From Candidatus Bathyarchaeota archaeon (GTDB lineage Archaea; Thermoproteota; Bathyarchaeia; 40CM-2-53-6; RBG-13-38-9), in the NCBI GenBank assembly GCA_026015185.1, contig JAOZGX010000103.1, positions 2,127 to 66,126 on the forward strand: a DNA stretch of 64,000 nucleotides. Reading direction: 5' to 3'. This document shows, in pieces, positions 27,972 to 37,487 of this stretch; position 1 is the stretch's first letter, and each line of letters opens with the position of its first letter. The position numbers and the translations under genes are program-made. The notes below the pieces were generated by a model. It did no database searches, had not been told where the DNA came from, and worked only from the letters and a program-made list of their open reading frames with translations.

Positions 27972-28955
27972 ATGAGATTAATTATGAATTTCGGAAAAAT
28001 ATTTAAAATATTGGAGAAGGAGATTATATGGCTATCTCCAAGGATTATCATACTTGCTTTAGTCAGTATAGGATTGTTTCTTTTTTCTCAATTTGGATAT
28101 ATAACCAATGAACAATATTCAATATTTTTCAAGATTTGGCTTGTAGCATACATCTTATTTGGCGCGGCTCTATTCAATAGGTACATTATTCCTAGTATCC
28201 GTGAATTGTTATTTAAATTGGGCACTCGTTATATAGCCGAGATTAAAGATAGAGTGAAATTAAGACGCGCTACTGATTTCTATTCAAGATTATTTTCATA
28301 TGCGATTTATGTAATTGCCATCCTCGCTTCAATCAATTTATTTTTTAATTTGCAGGTCGTATGGTCGGCTCTTGGTACTACATTCTTCTTAATCATAACC
28401 TTCTTCATAGGATTGTTAACATCTTCAGTTTTGGGAAATCTGATAGCGTATGAGGCCATCCGTCAGACAAATATTATTTCTACACATGATATGATCGAAA
28501 AAAAGGATGAATTTTTTGGAGAGGTTATGGGAATCGGCGCATTTAATACAAGCGTCAAGACTACCAAAGACGAAATAATCAACATACCAAATCTGGATTT
28601 AGTGAGTAATGTTTTTACAAATTATAGTAAAAAGATACCTTTGATTATATATGTACCGATTAGTTTAGGCTATGATATAAAGAAGGATGTTGCTAAGAAA
28701 TTATTAATCGAAGCTGCTAAAAAAACTAAAGGCATTCTAAAAGAACCCAAACCTTTCGTTCTTATTCTGGAATTGGGTAATTATGCAATAACGTATGAAA
28801 TAAATGCATATATTGATCAGCCTCTTGACCTCGTGACTATTAGATCAAACCTTATGGAGAATATAATCGACATTTTTAAAAAGAATAGAGTTGCGATAGT
28901 CAGTCCGGAATATGCTATCCTAAAGATCGCCAGAGGTCGAGAACTAAAGAATTAA
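27972..28955 (+). CDS. MscS-family small-conductance mechanosensitive channel
   Basis: TM region followed by the MscS beta-domain motif GEVMGIGAFNTSVKTTKDEIINIPNLDLVSNVFTNYS. Confidence 0.7.
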   Translation: MRLIMNFGKIFKILEKEIIWLSPRIIILALVSIGLFLFSQFGYITNEQYSIFFKIWLVAYILFGAALFNRYIIPSIRELLFKLGTRYIAEIKDRVKLRRATDFYSRLFSYAIYVIAILASINLFFNLQVVWSALGTTFFLIITFFIGLLTSSVLGNLIAYEAIRQTNIISTHDMIEKKDEFFGEVMGIGAFNTSVKTTKDEIINIPNLDLVSNVFTNYSKKIPLIIYVPISLGYDIKKDVAKKLLIEAAKKTKGILKEPKPFVLILELGNYAITYEINAYIDQPLDLVTIRSNLMENIIDIFKKNRVAIVSPEYAILKIARGRELKN

Positions 28956-29063
28956 AAAAATTCGATGTACACTCTAAAGCCAGCATGCCCTATATTCAAA
29001 TAATTCTAATAGTATTAAAAAAATAAGGGAATTAATGGAATAATCAAACATCATCTTAGCGGA

Positions 29064-29453
29064 TTATTTCTTATATAGAGCCCCTAGGACAGGGCCATAA
29101 ACAAGCCTCACGAAAAATCCAACGATACCCCACATAACCGCCAAAGGAATCATCTGTAGACTCAGAACAAAAAATGAAATCGGATATAATCCCACAAAGA
29201 CTAACCAAATTATGAGACTATAGATAAGACCCTTCATGACACCTTTACCAGGAACTACATTATAGACTTTGGCATATATTGCGCCAAATATAGTGCCCCA
29301 GATTAAATTGAGTGCTATCTGGACTATAATCCAATTTGTCATGCTAGGAGCGGCTCCCCAGAGTCCCATACTGAAGCCTACAAATCCAACAATAAGGCTT
29401 GTTATTCCACCGGCTATTCCTGCAATAGCGCCAGCGCTAGTACCACTTTTCAT
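29064..29453 (-). CDS. Small 4-TM membrane protein, member 2 of the paralog family
   Basis: AGAIAGIAGG ... VPGKGVMKGLIYSLIIW ... GALYKK. Confidence 0.6.
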   Translation of the reverse strand: MKSGTSAGAIAGIAGGITSLIVGFVGFSMGLWGAAPSMTNWIIVQIALNLIWGTIFGAIYAKVYNVVPGKGVMKGLIYSLIIWLVFVGLYPISFFVLSLQMIPLAVMWGIVGFFVRLVYGPVLGALYKK

Positions 29454-29637
29454 AAAAAATTCACCTCCTATTCTAATTACCAGGAATTTGAACGTGCGTA
29501 CTAATAATCAGATATTGTTTATTGTCGTAGTGTAAATAAGAATTTGCATTTACAAATGTGCTAGGGATCTCGTAAGCACGCATGTTGGGATGAATTAACT
29601 CTGACTTTAGGTGAAAAATGTGATGGTTTTAATAAAT

Positions 29638-31089
29638 TTAATGAGGGCGTTTACTCTTTCTACCAACTCTATAAGTCAGAATTATTGCAGCTAAAGCTAT
29701 TATAAGAGCTATAATCGCTATTGTTTCTAGAATTGGAGGGCTCACTTGAGCAGGTATTACTGGTTCTCCCTGTCTCATACGTTCTGCTTCTGCTCTCATT
29801 TTGACCAGATGTTCCCTCATCGGAGCATATCCTTCCCAATGCATGTAATCCGAGCTCTCATGGAAAGCACCTTGGAACATTCGGTTATGCCATTGTTCTA
29901 GCATTAAGTAGAGATCTTGCTCTATAGGGGTAGGAGAGGTATAGAAAGCAAGCATAAATGGATAGTTGTATGGATAAGTCTCTGGCTTCTGGATCACCCC
30001 CTCCTCGTACAGCTCTGCGACTAATCTTACACCTTCTGCAAGCAAATGAATTGACTCCTTAGTTGTAGCTTCATATTGTGTAAACTGTTTATCTATATAC
30101 GACTCTGAGTGGCATCTAGAGCAAATCTGTATTTCTTTCTGCCTCACACTTTGGAATTCTTCATCTGATAATCTAGCTATTCTCAAATCCTTTACAACAT
30201 CAAGAAGAACGCCTGGTTCGCCTTCAGGGGTGAGAACTGCGAGACCTTTTAAAACTTCAGCATTATCTTCTGCCCACTCTGGATCATCTGCTAAAGGCCC
30301 AACACCAGGGCCTAGTAGGCCATAAAAACCATAGGCTGTGATAGAATTATGATCTCCGTTGTCCATATGACATGTGATACAAACTGGGGCTTGATTGGGC
30401 CACTGTTCGTTATAAGGATAATCCCAAGTATAGTTTTCTCCTCTTGTATCATAGATTATGCCATGCTTTGAGCTTATGAACATTTCATAAGTTGGGTGGT
30501 CAAATCCCATGTGACAGGTTCTACATGCCTCTGGTTTTCTAGCCTCAATAACAGAGAATGTATGCCTAGTATGGCAAGAGTCGCATTTTGCTCCAGGCGT
30601 ATCAGCGACACCAGGTGTACTTGGTCCCCAATTTGGAATGTCTCCTGACGCTCCAATTCTATGGCAGTAACCGCAACCCTTCCACTTTATTGTTTCATTT
30701 ATTTGCAGCACATTCTCGGCTACGACCTCCATTGCAAGCCATGCCAGATGATGTTTTCCTTCAACGAATTGCTCAACCCTTTGGGGATGGCATGATTTAC
30801 ATGGCGTTTCAGTTGGCATTACTAAAGCTTCATGATTCTGGCCATGGCAGGTATCACAATAGATTTCGTTTTGAGCATGTTTACTCATATTCCAAGATTG
30901 GACCAATCCAGGCATAGTTGTTACATGACAATTTATGCAATCTTGACCAGTATAATTGCCCTTCATCTGCTGGGCCTGAACTGCAATAATGCTCTCTTCT
31001 GCATTGCTCAAGGTATAGTTACTAAAAAGCAAAGAAGAAGTGGTGAATGAAATTAGAAGCAAAATGAATATGATACTGTTATATCGCAT
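29638..31089 (-). CDS. Octaheme c-type cytochrome (HAO/octaheme-reductase-like), signal peptide and C-terminal TM anchor
   Basis: Eight CxxCH motifs read in the translation: CINCH, CDTCH, CKSCH, CGYCH, CDSCH, CRTCH, CITCH, CSRCH. The likely start is MRYNSIIFILLLISF. C-terminal hydrophobic helix plus RKSKR. Confidence 0.8.
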   Translation of the reverse strand: MRYNSIIFILLLISFTTSSLLFSNYTLSNAEESIIAVQAQQMKGNYTGQDCINCHVTTMPGLVQSWNMSKHAQNEIYCDTCHGQNHEALVMPTETPCKSCHPQRVEQFVEGKHHLAWLAMEVVAENVLQINETIKWKGCGYCHRIGASGDIPNWGPSTPGVADTPGAKCDSCHTRHTFSVIEARKPEACRTCHMGFDHPTYEMFISSKHGIIYDTRGENYTWDYPYNEQWPNQAPVCITCHMDNGDHNSITAYGFYGLLGPGVGPLADDPEWAEDNAEVLKGLAVLTPEGEPGVLLDVVKDLRIARLSDEEFQSVRQKEIQICSRCHSESYIDKQFTQYEATTKESIHLLAEGVRLVAELYEEGVIQKPETYPYNYPFMLAFYTSPTPIEQDLYLMLEQWHNRMFQGAFHESSDYMHWEGYAPMREHLVKMRAEAERMRQGEPVIPAQVSPPILETIAIIALIIALAAIILTYRVGRKSKRPH

Positions 31090-31171
31090 CCTCTTCAATG
31101 GGATTAGCTCCAAATAAAAATAGTCTATCAATACATTCTATGTTTTTTATTTATTTAATAATTTGCATGTA

Positions 31172-32485
31172 TCAATCGAGTCGGAATAGCTTTTTTGCAG
31201 TTTTTAATGTATTAATATCGCTGTACTCCGCCGCTTTCCTCAAATTCATTACAGGATCGTATAGAATTCTCTCTGTTATTACCTGTGTTAAATCTTCAAT
31301 TACTTTTTTTTCCTTGACATCCATTTTTCCAAGCATTTTCAGTGCTTTTTTCAACTCTTTTAGCCTGATCTCTTCCGCTTTACTGCATAAGTTCGTCACA
31401 ATTGGCTCTGCTTCCTCACGTTTTAATATAATCTTGAACAACTTCAAATCATCATCAATCATCGCTTCGGCCTTTTCTGCCTGTTTGAGACGTTTTTTAA
31501 GATTTAACTCTGCAATTTCGCGTAAATCATCGATATCATAAAGCTCTACATTTAGTAATTCACCGATGCTTTCCTCAACATTCCTAGGTTGAGAGATGTC
31601 CATGACGAATATTTTCTTCATTTTCCTTGCATTCAGGGCATCTTGAAAAGCTTCTTTTGTTAGTGTATAATGTGGAGCAGCTGTGGCAACGATTACTGCA
31701 TCAACTTCAACAATAACACTATTTAGATTTATGAATGGAACTGGAATTCCATTCAAAACTTTCGCAAGTTTCTTGCTGGTTTCATAAGTTCTATTTACTA
31801 TGTATATTTTAGTCTGCTTCTTAGAAACCAATGCTTTGGTTAAAAGTCTACCAGTTTTTCCTGCACCAATAATAGCAATCTTCTTTTTATTTAGATTGCC
31901 AAGTTTTGATTCCAATAGTTTAACTGCTGCAGATGCTATTGAAACCGCGCCTTTATTTATTTTTGTTTCAAATCTTACTTTCTTTCCTGTTTTTATTGCT
32001 CGATTAAAAGTTGAATCTAGAATTGATCCTGAAGTATGATATTTCTTGGATTTTTCAAGAGCTGCTTGAATCTGGCCAAGAATCTGGTCTTCGCCAACCA
32101 TCATGGACTCTAAGCCTGAAGCCAGTCTCATAAGATGGGTTAATGCATCAATTTTGAACGATTTCTCTATGAATTTATTGAATTCATTCTTGCTTAATTC
32201 AGCACTCTTTCTCCAGTACTCCTCGATCTTCGTTCCAGTTTTTCTTAAGTTAGATTCTTTTGCAACAGCGTAAATTTCAACTCGGTTACATGTTTGCAAT
32301 ATGATGCATTCTTCAGCACAACTCAATGAAAGTAATTCTTCTTGAACTCCATTTGGATCCTTAAAGGTCACTTTTTCTAAATATACCATTGAAAATTTCT
32401 TATGCGTAAAACGAAGATTGATTAAACTATCAATTCCTTCTTGAGCTTCTACGAATCCATTAGCGTTTGACGATCTTTTAGCCAA
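31172..32485 (-). CDS. hemA: Glutamyl-tRNA reductase
   Basis: Catalytic-Cys signature QTCNRVEIY; NADPH Rossmann IAIIGAGKTGRL; C-terminal dimerisation helix. Confidence 0.9.
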   Translation of the reverse strand: MAKRSSNANGFVEAQEGIDSLINLRFTHKKFSMVYLEKVTFKDPNGVQEELLSLSCAEECIILQTCNRVEIYAVAKESNLRKTGTKIEEYWRKSAELSKNEFNKFIEKSFKIDALTHLMRLASGLESMMVGEDQILGQIQAALEKSKKYHTSGSILDSTFNRAIKTGKKVRFETKINKGAVSIASAAVKLLESKLGNLNKKKIAIIGAGKTGRLLTKALVSKKQTKIYIVNRTYETSKKLAKVLNGIPVPFINLNSVIVEVDAVIVATAAPHYTLTKEAFQDALNARKMKKIFVMDISQPRNVEESIGELLNVELYDIDDLREIAELNLKKRLKQAEKAEAMIDDDLKLFKIILKREEAEPIVTNLCSKAEEIRLKELKKALKMLGKMDVKEKKVIEDLTQVITERILYDPVMNLRKAAEYSDINTLKTAKKLFRLD

Positions 32486-32609
32486 TTATTTTACTCCTTT
32501 GATCAAGTTATTGTGAAGAAATTTTATTTTGATAGATCTTTAGAAAGAATTTCTCAGGAAATTAGTAATAAATACTTGGTGAAATTATTTTAGTTTTGGG
32601 TGTATTTCA

Positions 32610-32819
32610 ATGACTTGTTATTTTAGACATATGAAACCCATCTTCAATAAAATGGGATTAGAGATTACAAATGAAAATAAAAAAGAAATTGATAAAGCCA
32701 TTCACGATATTGTAGGCGTAGAGTACAAGAATTGCTCAGCTACTTGGAGAGAAGTTAAAAAGAGGATTAGTGAGGACGAGGAAAGTTTCACTTTTAAACT
32801 AAAAGAATCTGTTTTATGA
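32610..32819 (+). CDS. Hypothetical 69-aa protein
   Basis: Isolated ORF in the hemA-arsM gap. Charged, non-repetitive. No homology recognised. Confidence 0.3.
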   Translation: MTCYFRHMKPIFNKMGLEITNENKKEIDKAIHDIVGVEYKNCSATWREVKKRISEDEESFTFKLKESVL

Positions 32820-32838
32820 TGTAATTCAAAAGCGTTAA

Positions 32839-33675
32839 CTATCGCTTGGAGCCTCTGACTTTAATGCTGATAACCGACTCAGCGACCTCTTTTATCTTCT
32901 CTGATGCTATATCTTGCTTTTCGATTATTGCTTTGGCAGTTGGATCGTTAGCCATTAACTCAACAGGGAAAAAGGTCTCATCTATAACATCAACTTGTTG
33001 AAAACCAGCTTTCTTTATCATTTGGAGATATTCATCTTTCTTAATCGCACCAGACAGACAACCGATGTATGCTTCAACGCTATTCTTAATCAGATCAGGA
33101 AGTTCTTTTAGCAATACTATGTCAGAGATCATCAGTCTACCTCCAGGTTTGAGCACTCTAAAAGCTTCGTTAAAGACTCTTTGCTTGTCGGGTGAGAGAT
33201 TAATTACACAATTTGAGACTATTATATCAACTGAATTATCAGCAGCAGGCAGATTCTCTATTTCTCCAAGCCTGAACTCAACATTCTTAAAATCGCTTTT
33301 TGTTGCGTTTTCTCTTGCTTTCTCGACCATCTCAGGCGTCATATCTATACCGATAACTTTTCCATTCTCACCAACTTTTTTCGCTGCAAGGAAACAGTCA
33401 AGGCCTGCACCCGAACCAAGATCAAGCACAGTCTCCCCTTCCTTTAAACCAGCAAGTGCTGTTGGATTTCCACAACCAAGACCCAAATTCGCACCTTCAG
33501 GAACAACTTTGAGTTCTTCATCAGTATAACCAATATTCTTGCTGATATTTTGAGCCATATCGGCGCCTCCACAACAAGAATTCATAGGAGCACAGCAAGA
33601 GCTATCCTGTTTAGCTATGTCAGCATAACCTTCTCTAACAACTTTCCTTACTTTCTTTTCTTCCACATTAATCAC
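32839..33675 (-). CDS. arsM: Arsenite S-adenosylmethionine methyltransferase
   Basis: N-terminal vicinal cysteines SSCCAPMNSCCGG, LGLGCGNPTALAGLKEGETVLDLGSGAGLD (SAM motif I), IVSNCVINLSPDK and AYIGCLSGA. This pattern of conserved Cys plus the UbiE-like fold is diagnostic of ArsM/AS3MT. TAG stop. Confidence 0.85.
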   Translation of the reverse strand: MINVEEKKVRKVVREGYADIAKQDSSCCAPMNSCCGGADMAQNISKNIGYTDEELKVVPEGANLGLGCGNPTALAGLKEGETVLDLGSGAGLDCFLAAKKVGENGKVIGIDMTPEMVEKARENATKSDFKNVEFRLGEIENLPAADNSVDIIVSNCVINLSPDKQRVFNEAFRVLKPGGRLMISDIVLLKELPDLIKNSVEAYIGCLSGAIKKDEYLQMIKKAGFQQVDVIDETFFPVELMANDPTAKAIIEKQDIASEKIKEVAESVISIKVRGSKR

Positions 33676-33696
33676 CTTCTAATTTAATCTTCATTA

Positions 33697-33990
33697 TTAT
33701 TTTTCAGCAATCTCTTCCATCATTGGACCTAGTATGCCCTTGACCATTCCTGTAAAATCTTCAACTTTAATCAAAGAAATACATGATACATTCCCATCTT
33801 TCTCCCAGCTTACAACCGCTAATTTATCTCCAGAATGGATTTTTGCCTTTTCTCTTATCTCCTTCGGAAGTACCATTTGACCTCTATCATCTACGCTTAT
33901 TACCGATTCAACCTTGCAACAACTTATTCCTTTTTCAGTTTCTGGACAACAGGATTCTTTTTCGTCGATTTTATCCAATTTAATCATCAT
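33697..33990 (-). CDS. AbrB/SpoVT swapped-hairpin DNA-binding domain protein with an N-terminal CCx8CC motif (candidate metalloid-responsive regulator)
   Basis: ESCCPETEKGISCC then DDRGQMVLPKEIREKAKIHSGDKLAVV (AbrB-domain signature). The CC...CC module resembles the one at the ArsM N-terminus. Confidence 0.6.
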   Translation of the reverse strand: MMIKLDKIDEKESCCPETEKGISCCKVESVISVDDRGQMVLPKEIREKAKIHSGDKLAVVSWEKDGNVSCISLIKVEDFTGMVKGILGPMMEEIAEK

Positions 33991-34053
33991 TGCAATGATG
34001 ATTCAGATTATTTAAATATTTCTGAAAATTCAGAATAAACTGAAAATTAATGC

Positions 34054-34065
34054 TAGCGCGCGCTA
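34054..34065. promoter_or_regulatory. Perfect palindrome TAGCGCGCGCTA, 64 nt upstream of the CC-AbrB gene start
   Basis: Read directly. A TATTTAAAT AT-box lies between the motif and the ATG on the coding strand. Confidence 0.4.
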
Positions 34066-34071
34066 TAATAA

Positions 34072-34617
34072 TTAACTCTCTTTACTAAACACCTTGAGGG
34101 CAGGGCAACCGATCTCTCTCTGTTTGCAGTATTTGCATGCTAAAGAACCTCTTACAAATGCATTACCGCCAAGTGAAAGAATGCTTAAGATTATCAATAG
34201 AGCTAGAATGGTCCAAGAGAAATCTGTAACTAGAAGGATAATACCGAAGGCCATGGGAATAATAAATACCAGAAAGTCCGGCACAAGATCAATCTTTTTT
34301 ATTTCTTTTTCAACAAATTTTTTTGGATTTCCTTTCTTGAAGAATAAAGAGCATAATTTTCCCCTGCCAAATGCGCAGATTTTGTCATAGTAATAACAAT
34401 CTACACAACTTCCTTTGAGTAATCTAATTTCAACCCAGATTATGTAAAGTAAAAATAAAACAACAAAGAGTATTCCAAATCTTGACACAATGTACATTCC
34501 TATTGCATAAATTGATACAGCAAGAAGATTGGATAGAAAAACAATCCATGAGGGCATATTTTCATAACTTATTGACTTGCTCAAGAAATCACCTGCCAAA
34601 CAAAATTTATCGTGCAC
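34072..34617 (-). CDS. Cys-motif integral membrane protein (4 TM; CVDCYYYDKICAFGRGKLC and CKYCKQREIGC)
   Basis: ORF with two CxxC-containing loops. No family recognised. Confidence 0.5.
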   Translation of the reverse strand: MHDKFCLAGDFLSKSISYENMPSWIVFLSNLLAVSIYAIGMYIVSRFGILFVVLFLLYIIWVEIRLLKGSCVDCYYYDKICAFGRGKLCSLFFKKGNPKKFVEKEIKKIDLVPDFLVFIIPMAFGIILLVTDFSWTILALLIILSILSLGGNAFVRGSLACKYCKQREIGCPALKVFSKES

Positions 34618-34627
34618 TACACTTTTA

Positions 34628-35326
34628 CTAGGCTACTGCCAAGTAGTCTTGGAGTTCTTTTTTTTCCTTAACCTCTTGAGGCGCTCCCTCAAACACTATG
34701 TGACCATCCCTCATTATATAGACTCTATCGGCCAATCCAAGCGCCAGGTTCACATTCTGTTCGACTAATAAGATAGACGTTTTCATTCTGATTTTATGGA
34801 AACTGGATACCAAGGATTCCGCAACCATTGGAGCAAGGCCCTGTGTTGGCTCATCTAAGATCAAGAGCTTTTTCTTACCTAAAAGGGCGCGACCTATAGC
34901 AAGCATCTGTTGCTCTCCCCCACTCAGATTCCCAGCTGCAGTGTTGAGATAGTCCCTCATGACTGGGAAGTATTCAAAGACATATTCGTAGGTTTTTGTT
35001 CCTGATCCAGCTGCAGCGAGCATAAGATTCTCTGCAACAGTCAACTTTGGGAAAATACCCCTATACTCAGGTACATAGCCCATTCCGATCTGTGTTCTGA
35101 CATAGACAGGGTCTTTTGAAATTTCACGTCCATCATAAGTTATTATGCCATCGTGCGGAGGAGTTAAGCCCATTATGCTTCTTAGAGTAGTTGTCTTCCC
35201 GACTCCATTACGACCGAGTAGAGTCACGATCTCCCCCTCCTTCACGTTGAGTGAGACATCGAAAAGGATATGGCTATCACCGTAAAATGTATTTATCTTC
35301 TCAACTTCAAGAATGGGTCTTTCCAA
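34628..35326 (-). CDS. livF: Branched-chain amino acid ABC transporter ATP-binding protein (LivF-like)
   Basis: Walker A GRNGVGKTT, signature LSGGEQQML, Walker B LLILDEP. TTG start with an AGGGAG SD 8 nt upstream. Overlaps the livG stop by 20 nt. TAG stop immediately followed by TAA. Confidence 0.85.
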   Translation of the reverse strand: MERPILEVEKINTFYGDSHILFDVSLNVKEGEIVTLLGRNGVGKTTTLRSIMGLTPPHDGIITYDGREISKDPVYVRTQIGMGYVPEYRGIFPKLTVAENLMLAAAGSGTKTYEYVFEYFPVMRDYLNTAAGNLSGGEQQMLAIGRALLGKKKLLILDEPTQGLAPMVAESLVSSFHKIRMKTSILLVEQNVNLALGLADRVYIMRDGHIVFEGAPQEVKEKKELQDYLAVA

Positions 35327-36086
35327 GATATATCTCCCTTACAAGTTTGTTTGCTCTGATCTCCTCAGGAGTTCCATCCGCGATGAGTTTCCCTCTGTGC
35401 ATGACTGCGATTCTTTGTGCCAGGTCCATTACTATATCCATCTTGTGTTCTACAACCACTATGGTCAATGTCTTTGCGAGTTCCCTTATTAAATTCACAG
35501 TGACTTTTGTCTCTGCTGGGCTTGAACCTGCTGTTGGCTCGTCTAAAAGCAGGAGTTCTGGGTCGGTGGCTATAGCCATGCCTATTTCTAGTCTCTTCTT
35601 ATCACCTTGAGGCAGTCCTCCAGCGATATCATCTCTACAATCATAAAGTTCGATTCTAGATAGAAGCTTTTCAGATCTACTAACGGTCTCTTCATCATTC
35701 CATTTATCCAAGTAGAACCATTTATGACCCTTCTTCAGTCTATACTGTGCAGCGATTGCCACATTTTCCATAACTGTGAGTTTAGGGAAGATTTGAATTA
35801 TCTGGTGGGCTTTTGCGATTCCCTTTTTCAATCTTTCATGCGGGGGAACATTGGTTATATCTTCATCTTTGAATAGGATTTTGCCAGAAGTTGGTGAGAC
35901 CGTTCCTACCAAGGCCTTAAACAGCGTGCTCTTCCCTGCTCCATTTGGTCCTATGATTGAGGCTAACTCACCATTGTTGAGAACAAAACTGAAAGAATTA
36001 ACCGCGATCAAGCCACCGAACTTACAAGTGAGATCCTCGATCCTAAGGAGAGCCATATCGATTCCTCTTAAACTGGGCACATGCAA
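35307..36086 (-). CDS. livG: Branched-chain amino acid ABC transporter ATP-binding protein (LivG-like)
   Basis: GPNGAGKST, LPQGDKKRLEIG signature, LLLLDEPTAG. Confidence 0.85.
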   Translation of the reverse strand: MHVPSLRGIDMALLRIEDLTCKFGGLIAVNSFSFVLNNGELASIIGPNGAGKSTLFKALVGTVSPTSGKILFKDEDITNVPPHERLKKGIAKAHQIIQIFPKLTVMENVAIAAQYRLKKGHKWFYLDKWNDEETVSRSEKLLSRIELYDCRDDIAGGLPQGDKKRLEIGMAIATDPELLLLDEPTAGSSPAETKVTVNLIRELAKTLTIVVVEHKMDIVMDLAQRIAVMHRGKLIADGTPEEIRANKLVREIYLGKTHS

Positions 36087-36179
36087 GGTAACCCTATAGA
36101 TGATTAGAGAATTTAACCTTAACTTAATAAATATTTTAAAATTAAGTTTAATCTAATATCTTGATCAAGGTAATTTTCT

Positions 36180-37454
36180 ATGTCAAAAACTAAAAAAGAG
36201 GAAACGATGAGTCGACGCCAATGGATGAAAATCGCAGCAGGTGGTGTAGTCGTTGCAGCCGCAGCTGGACTTGGAGGTTACTATCTAACTTCTAGACCAA
36301 AAGAAGAAGATACTATCCATGTCCTGGTCGCCGCTACGATGACCGGTCCTTATGGGTGGGCAGGTCAACACCAGATCGAAGGGACTGCTATGGCTATTGA
36401 GGAGGTCAATGAAGCGGGGGGCGTTCTTGGAAAAGAGCTTGTGTATACAGCTATCGATGATGAACTTAATCCTAGTGTAGCAACTCGCAGAGTTAACGAT
36501 GCCATCGAGAAATACGATACTAAACTAATAGTTGGTGGAACCTCAGGTGGCGTAAATTTACCAATTAATGAAATATCAAAATCTAAAAAAATCTTCTATT
36601 TCATAGGAAATCAAAGTTCACTAACTATACATAAAGCAAATGTCTTGAGTCCCTATACAGCTTCCCCCATGTGTATGGATGTTAATGCTGTAGCCGTGAA
36701 TATGGATTATATGATTAAGAACTATGGGAAGAAATGGTACATTCTTACTGTTGACTACGTTTGGGGCCATGGCATGCTTGAAAAAGAAGAGGCGTGGCTC
36801 GAAAAGTTCGGTGGAGAACTTGTAGGAAAAGATCTCTTCCCCTTAGGAACACCAGACTTCTCAACTATGCTACAAAAGGTGAAAGCTGCGAAACCAGATG
36901 TTATGGCATGTAACTCAGGTGGAACAGATCAACTCAACTGGATTAAACAGAGCAAGGAATTTGGTATGATGGAGGAGATGGTCATTCACGTGCCTTTAAC
37001 TTCAATGTATACCGCCGTTCCTGCAGGACCAGAGATATACGCTGGACTTATCTGTGGAACAGACTTTTGGTACGAGCTGCCTTCAAACTATCCTGGGTAT
37101 GAGGCTGCCAATAAGTTTAGACAGAAGTACGAAGAGAAATGGAAAGCACCTCCTGACCCCTATGGTTCAAATCCATACGTAGCTGTGTGGGAATGGGCAA
37201 ATGCGGTTAATAAGGCAGGGACACTAGATCCAGATGAAGTCCGTAAAGCCCTTGCAGGCAATGAATTCCAGTACTATAAGTCACAAGAATACTGGAGGGA
37301 ATGTGACCTCCAAGCCGTTCAAGACTGGTTCTTAGTAAAGGGAAAGATGCCAGAGGATGTAAAGAGCGATTACGATCTATTCGATGTAATCGGCTGGGGA
37401 GGTAGGGAAAATCCTGAAAACTATCTCCCCTCATGTGAGGAACTTGGATTCTAA
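36180..37454 (+). CDS. Periplasmic-type substrate-binding protein, LivJ/Leu-Ile-Val-binding family, Tat-like signal
   Basis: MSRRQWMKIAAGGVVVAAAAGLGG (twin-arginine-like signal) then the type-I PBP fold. The likely start is M10. Confidence 0.8.
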   Translation: MSKTKKEETMSRRQWMKIAAGGVVVAAAAGLGGYYLTSRPKEEDTIHVLVAATMTGPYGWAGQHQIEGTAMAIEEVNEAGGVLGKELVYTAIDDELNPSVATRRVNDAIEKYDTKLIVGGTSGGVNLPINEISKSKKIFYFIGNQSSLTIHKANVLSPYTASPMCMDVNAVAVNMDYMIKNYGKKWYILTVDYVWGHGMLEKEEAWLEKFGGELVGKDLFPLGTPDFSTMLQKVKAAKPDVMACNSGGTDQLNWIKQSKEFGMMEEMVIHVPLTSMYTAVPAGPEIYAGLICGTDFWYELPSNYPGYEAANKFRQKYEEKWKAPPDPYGSNPYVAVWEWANAVNKAGTLDPDEVRKALAGNEFQYYKSQEYWRECDLQAVQDWFLVKGKMPEDVKSDYDLFDVIGWGGRENPENYLPSCEELGF

Positions 37455-37487
37455 ACGCTCAATGCGTGATGCCCACATTAACTTCCA

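Noticed and set aside
30474-31050. Three short ORFs overlapping the octaheme cytochrome gene
   Set aside because: Antisense or out-of-frame shadows of the cytochrome CDS. No motifs.
31098-31541. 147-aa + strand Ser/Phe/Ile-rich ORF
   Set aside because: Antisense to the hemA 3' end, with low-complexity composition.
33065-33529. 154-aa + strand ORF
   Set aside because: Antisense to arsM. Ser/Pro-rich and low complexity.
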